NCBI GenBank assembly: GCA_029262375.1
Contig: JAJCZM010000026.1
Location: 40,198 to 104,197, forward strand
DNA length: 64,000 nt
Reading direction: 5' to 3'
Source of the DNA: Deltaproteobacteria bacterium
GTDB lineage: Bacteria > Desulfobacterota > Binatia > UBA1149 > SPBQ01
Position 1 is the first letter of the stretch. Each line of letters begins with the position of its first letter. Positions 60,996 through 64,000 of this stretch are shown one piece after another. The notes beneath the pieces were generated by a model. That model saw nothing but the letters and a program-made list of their open reading frames with translations. It was not told where the DNA came from and did not search any database. Both the position numbers and the translations under genes were made by a program.

Positions 60996-63554
60996 ATGTC
61001 CGGCATCAGACGATTTCTGCGAACGATGCGCATCGCGGTCCGCGATCTCGGACATCAGCGTGGATTCGCCGTATTCTTCACCCTCAATCTGGCACTCGGC
61101 CTGGTCGGCGCGATCACGCTGGCAGCACTACAATCTTCGATCGAGGACACACTCGAAGAACGCTCGCGTTCGTTCTTGGCAGCGGATTTGCGCGTCGCTG
61201 CAAACCGACCGCTTACCGACGTAGAGCGCGCGCACATCGATCGTATCGCGCAACCCACTGCGACGTCGCAACTCATCCAGCTGTATACGATGGTCGCCGC
61301 GCCGCGCCGATCTCGCCTGGTCGAAGTACGCGCAATCGACGATTCATTCCCGCTAAACGGCGCGGTCGTTCTTGCGGATGCCGGGCGCACTACCGCTGAC
61401 ACGTTCCGCCAATTGAGCGAGCAGCGCGGCGCTTGGGTGGACCCGTCGATTCCAGCCGCTCTCGGCGTCACGCTGGGCGAGACCGTCAAACTCGGCGGAG
61501 CGCAGTTCACGCTGCGCGATCTCGTCGAACGTGACACCGGTTTGTCGGTGCGCGCCGTCTCGTTCGGACCGCGTATCTATATAGCCGCCCGCTATGCCCA
61601 TGAGACCGGCCTCATCCAGACGGGAAGCCGTGTCGAGTACCAAACACTGATCGCACTCACTCCCGATCGCGATGCGGCGGCCGTATCGGAAGCGTTGCGC
61701 CACGTACTCACCGACTCGGTAATTCGCGTAACGAGCCACGAAGAAGCGACCGCCGGAATTTCCGGAGCATACGAACGCGTCACGAGGTACTTGGGCGCGA
61801 TCTCCCTGGTCGCTCTATGTTTGGCGGGACTAGCCTGCGCGTACGCTTTCCGCACGTACCTGGCAGGACGGGTTGCCGACATCGCGATTCTCATGAGCTT
61901 GGGCGCGCCGCGGCTACGCGCTCAGGGCGTGCTCGTGATCGAGCTCTTGGTACTCGGAACCGCCGCCGCAACGCTTGCCGTCGTTCTCGCCACGCTTGCC
62001 CTTCCCCTTGTCGCGCAATCGTTGGCGGACGTACTGCCCGCTCACATCGACTTGGCCGTGCGCCGCAACGAAGTGCTCGCGGCATACGCGATCGCGCTAC
62101 TATTCGGACCGCTCTCGTGTCTGCCGTTCCTCGCACGGCTCGCACGGCTGCGCGTCGCGGAACTGTTCCAGGAGCATCTTCGCGTCGAACTCGCCGAATC
62201 GCGCCTGCGTGATCTCGGCTGGTACGTCCCCGCGATCGTTTTCGTTGCCACGCTGGCGTGGTGGCAGTTGGGCAACCTACGACAGTCTTCAGGGTTCATG
62301 GCCATCCTGATCGTCGCTGCGCTGCTCATGGGTCTCGCCGCGCGCGCCATTTTGGGTGGCGCAAGTCGCATCGAAGCGAAGCGCTTGCCACTCAAGCTCG
62401 CACTACGCCAGCTCTCGCCCAAACGCCGCGCGTCGCGCACCGCCTTCGTAGCACTCGCCTTGGCGGCTTTGTTGTTGGCGCTGCCGGCTCAAATGCGAGC
62501 GCTTCTCGATGAACGACTCGCACCGCCGGCCGAAGGCGATATTCCGAGCTTGTTCCTGTTCGACATACAGCCGGAACAAGCCGAGCCACTACGAACGTTG
62601 GTGACGCAGTCGGGAACGACACTGCAGCGCATGGCACCGATGGTGCGCGCTCGCCTCGACGCCATCAACGGCGAGACCGTTGTTCATGAAGACGGACAGG
62701 AACAGGCACCGGCTGATTTTCGCGCACGCCGACGATTGCGCACCCGCCGATACAATCTCACGTACCAGGTGCAGCTCGCTCGCACCGAGCAAATTGTCGC
62801 CGGCCGCGACTTCTCCGGCGTGTGGGAGTTCGGGTCCGACAGGCTGCCCGAGATGTCGATGGAAGTGGACTTCGCGCAAGACCTCGGCGTCGGGCTCGGC
62901 GACACGTTGCGGTTCGACGTCCAAGGCGTCCCCGTCGAAGGACGCATCGTCAATCTGAGAACGGTCGATTGGAACAGCATGCAGCCGAACTTCTTCGTGT
63001 CGTTTCAGCCCGGGGTGTTGGAAGCAGCACCAGCAGTGTTACTGGCGTCGGTTCCCGCGCTCCCCAGCGAAACGCGCCGCGATCTGCAGAACGCAATCGT
63101 CGATGCGTTCCCGAACATCTCGCTGATTGACGTCACGAAAGGCATCGACCGCGCGCTCGGGTTGATCAACCAACTCCAATGGGCGCTGGGAGCAACCACG
63201 TTTACGTCTCTGCTGGTCGGTTTTCTTCTTGTTGTTGCGATTGCGCGCGACGAGGCACGGGCGCGTCGCGCCGACGTCAACCTCTTGAAGGTGCTCGGCG
63301 CGCAGCACGGTCTGCTCAGACGCAGTATTGATACCGAGTTCGCCCTGCTCGCACTCGCCGCGACCGCCGTTGGGGTCGGCACGTCCATGGCGATCGGCGC
63401 CGTGTTGGCGTACGGATTCTTCGACACCGAAGTTGCCAGTGCATCGTCGACGTCGCTCGCCGTGCTGGGTGTGCTGCCATTTTTGACCGTCGTGACCGCG
63501 CGCTTCGCAACACGTTCGGTACTCGCCGGTCGGCCGTCCCTCTTTCTTCGCTAG
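60996..63554 (+). CDS. ybbP: FtsX-like ABC permease with two FtsX/MacB-type domains (YbbP-like)
   Basis: 852 aa. 10 TM arranged as two 4-TM FtsX-like modules, each preceded by a periplasmic domain. It is next to ybbA, as in the E. coli tesA-ybbA-ybbP locus. Confidence 0.8.
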   Translation: MSGIRRFLRTMRIAVRDLGHQRGFAVFFTLNLALGLVGAITLAALQSSIEDTLEERSRSFLAADLRVAANRPLTDVERAHIDRIAQPTATSQLIQLYTMVAAPRRSRLVEVRAIDDSFPLNGAVVLADAGRTTADTFRQLSEQRGAWVDPSIPAALGVTLGETVKLGGAQFTLRDLVERDTGLSVRAVSFGPRIYIAARYAHETGLIQTGSRVEYQTLIALTPDRDAAAVSEALRHVLTDSVIRVTSHEEATAGISGAYERVTRYLGAISLVALCLAGLACAYAFRTYLAGRVADIAILMSLGAPRLRAQGVLVIELLVLGTAAATLAVVLATLALPLVAQSLADVLPAHIDLAVRRNEVLAAYAIALLFGPLSCLPFLARLARLRVAELFQEHLRVELAESRLRDLGWYVPAIVFVATLAWWQLGNLRQSSGFMAILIVAALLMGLAARAILGGASRIEAKRLPLKLALRQLSPKRRASRTAFVALALAALLLALPAQMRALLDERLAPPAEGDIPSLFLFDIQPEQAEPLRTLVTQSGTTLQRMAPMVRARLDAINGETVVHEDGQEQAPADFRARRRLRTRRYNLTYQVQLARTEQIVAGRDFSGVWEFGSDRLPEMSMEVDFAQDLGVGLGDTLRFDVQGVPVEGRIVNLRTVDWNSMQPNFFVSFQPGVLEAAPAVLLASVPALPSETRRDLQNAIVDAFPNISLIDVTKGIDRALGLINQLQWALGATTFTSLLVGFLLVVAIARDEARARRADVNLLKVLGAQHGLLRRSIDTEFALLALAATAVGVGTSMAIGAVLAYGFFDTEVASASSTSLAVLGVLPFLTVVTARFATRSVLAGRPSLFLR

Positions 63555-63630
63555 CGCTGTTTCTTCGCGAGCGCGGCAGTTTCAGCGGCAGCCTGAATCG
63601 CGAAGGACCGTCATTCGGAGCTGCGGTTCC

Positions 63631-63978
63631 TCAGTTGGACCAGCCCTTGCTCTGGGCGTGCTTCGCATACCAAACCAGAAAAGCCGTGACTACCAGTTGC
63701 ATCAGAACGCCGATCCAGACGTCGACAGAACCCAAGCCAACCACTCCAAATATATGAGCCATTGTCACGAGCACGCCGACCAGCGACACCATAAACACAT
63801 AGACCGCGGCCGACTTCCTGAGCAGAAGCAATAGGCAGCCAAGCGAGCCGCCGAATACCGCTACCGCAAAAGCTGCGGTCGCCCATACGGGTCGACCTTC
63901 GATTATCGGGTGATACGCCTCGGGAAATGAGGCGAGCGAGTCTGCATTCAGCTGCACGACGCAATTGACGGCGCCCAT
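63631..63978 (-). CDS. small hypothetical membrane protein (3 TM)
   Basis: 115 aa, hydrophobic helices, no motif recognised. Confidence 0.3.
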   Translation of the reverse strand: MGAVNCVVQLNADSLASFPEAYHPIIEGRPVWATAAFAVAVFGGSLGCLLLLLRKSAAVYVFMVSLVGVLVTMAHIFGVVGLGSVDVWIGVLMQLVVTAFLVWYAKHAQSKGWSN

Positions 63979-64000
63979 AATATTGAAGATGAGCGTGACA

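Overview
High-GC (~65%) bacterial chromosomal segment, probably Myxococcota. The guess rests on a Myxococcales-type cysteine-rich repeat in a giant secreted protein and on an accessory Che-like chemosensory cluster. Roughly 55 genes fill the window densely. I saw no rRNA, tRNA, CRISPR array, transposase or integrase.

The gene content is mostly housekeeping and redox functions. These include a DinG helicase with an exonuclease fusion, a Grx4-BolA pair, pckG, an amidase, xthA, thiC, a macro-domain protein, an ABC-F ATPase, apaG, a glutathione-reductase-like flavoenzyme, nth, a NUDIX hydrolase and a Zn alcohol dehydrogenase. There is also an envelope-modification-like locus at 5.5-11.6 kb, made up of three alkaline-phosphatase-superfamily enzymes and a GT-C-like membrane protein. 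A second block at 35.5-48.2 kb is regulatory: a sensor histidine kinase, a six-domain response regulator with a degenerate GGDEF, then CheW, CheR-TPR, CheW, MCP, CheA-REC, CheB and REC-Hpt.

The most striking feature is at 17.9-20.0 kb. A small gene carries an in-frame TGA inside the tetrapeptide U-G-S-C, and a perfect 8-bp stem-loop lies 11 nt downstream in the position expected for a bacterial SECIS. This predicts a UGSC-family selenoprotein. Its stop and start overlap an upstream gene that encodes a peroxiredoxin-like domain (CPTS motif) fused to an uncharacterised ~370-aa domain. The pair looks like a candidate Sec-dependent redox system of unknown function.

A second focus is at 55.1-59.5 kb, where a 1350-aa secreted protein contains four copies of an unrecognised 10-Cys module, poly-Thr linkers, PPC-like domains and one Myxo-type Cys repeat. 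Its 5' end carries an in-frame 27-bp VNTR with about 6.5 copies, encoding AAILRAAP[I/T]. Upstream sit a 24-bp AT-rich perfect palindrome and a 20-bp minisatellite. Downstream lies a tesA-ybbA-ybbP-like operon.

Other oddities are a 32-bp quasi-palindromic insertion that frameshifts a membrane-protein gene, several short tandem-repeat arrays in promoter regions, and a conserved C-terminal LGY[IL][DE] tail shared by the three AlkP-superfamily enzymes.
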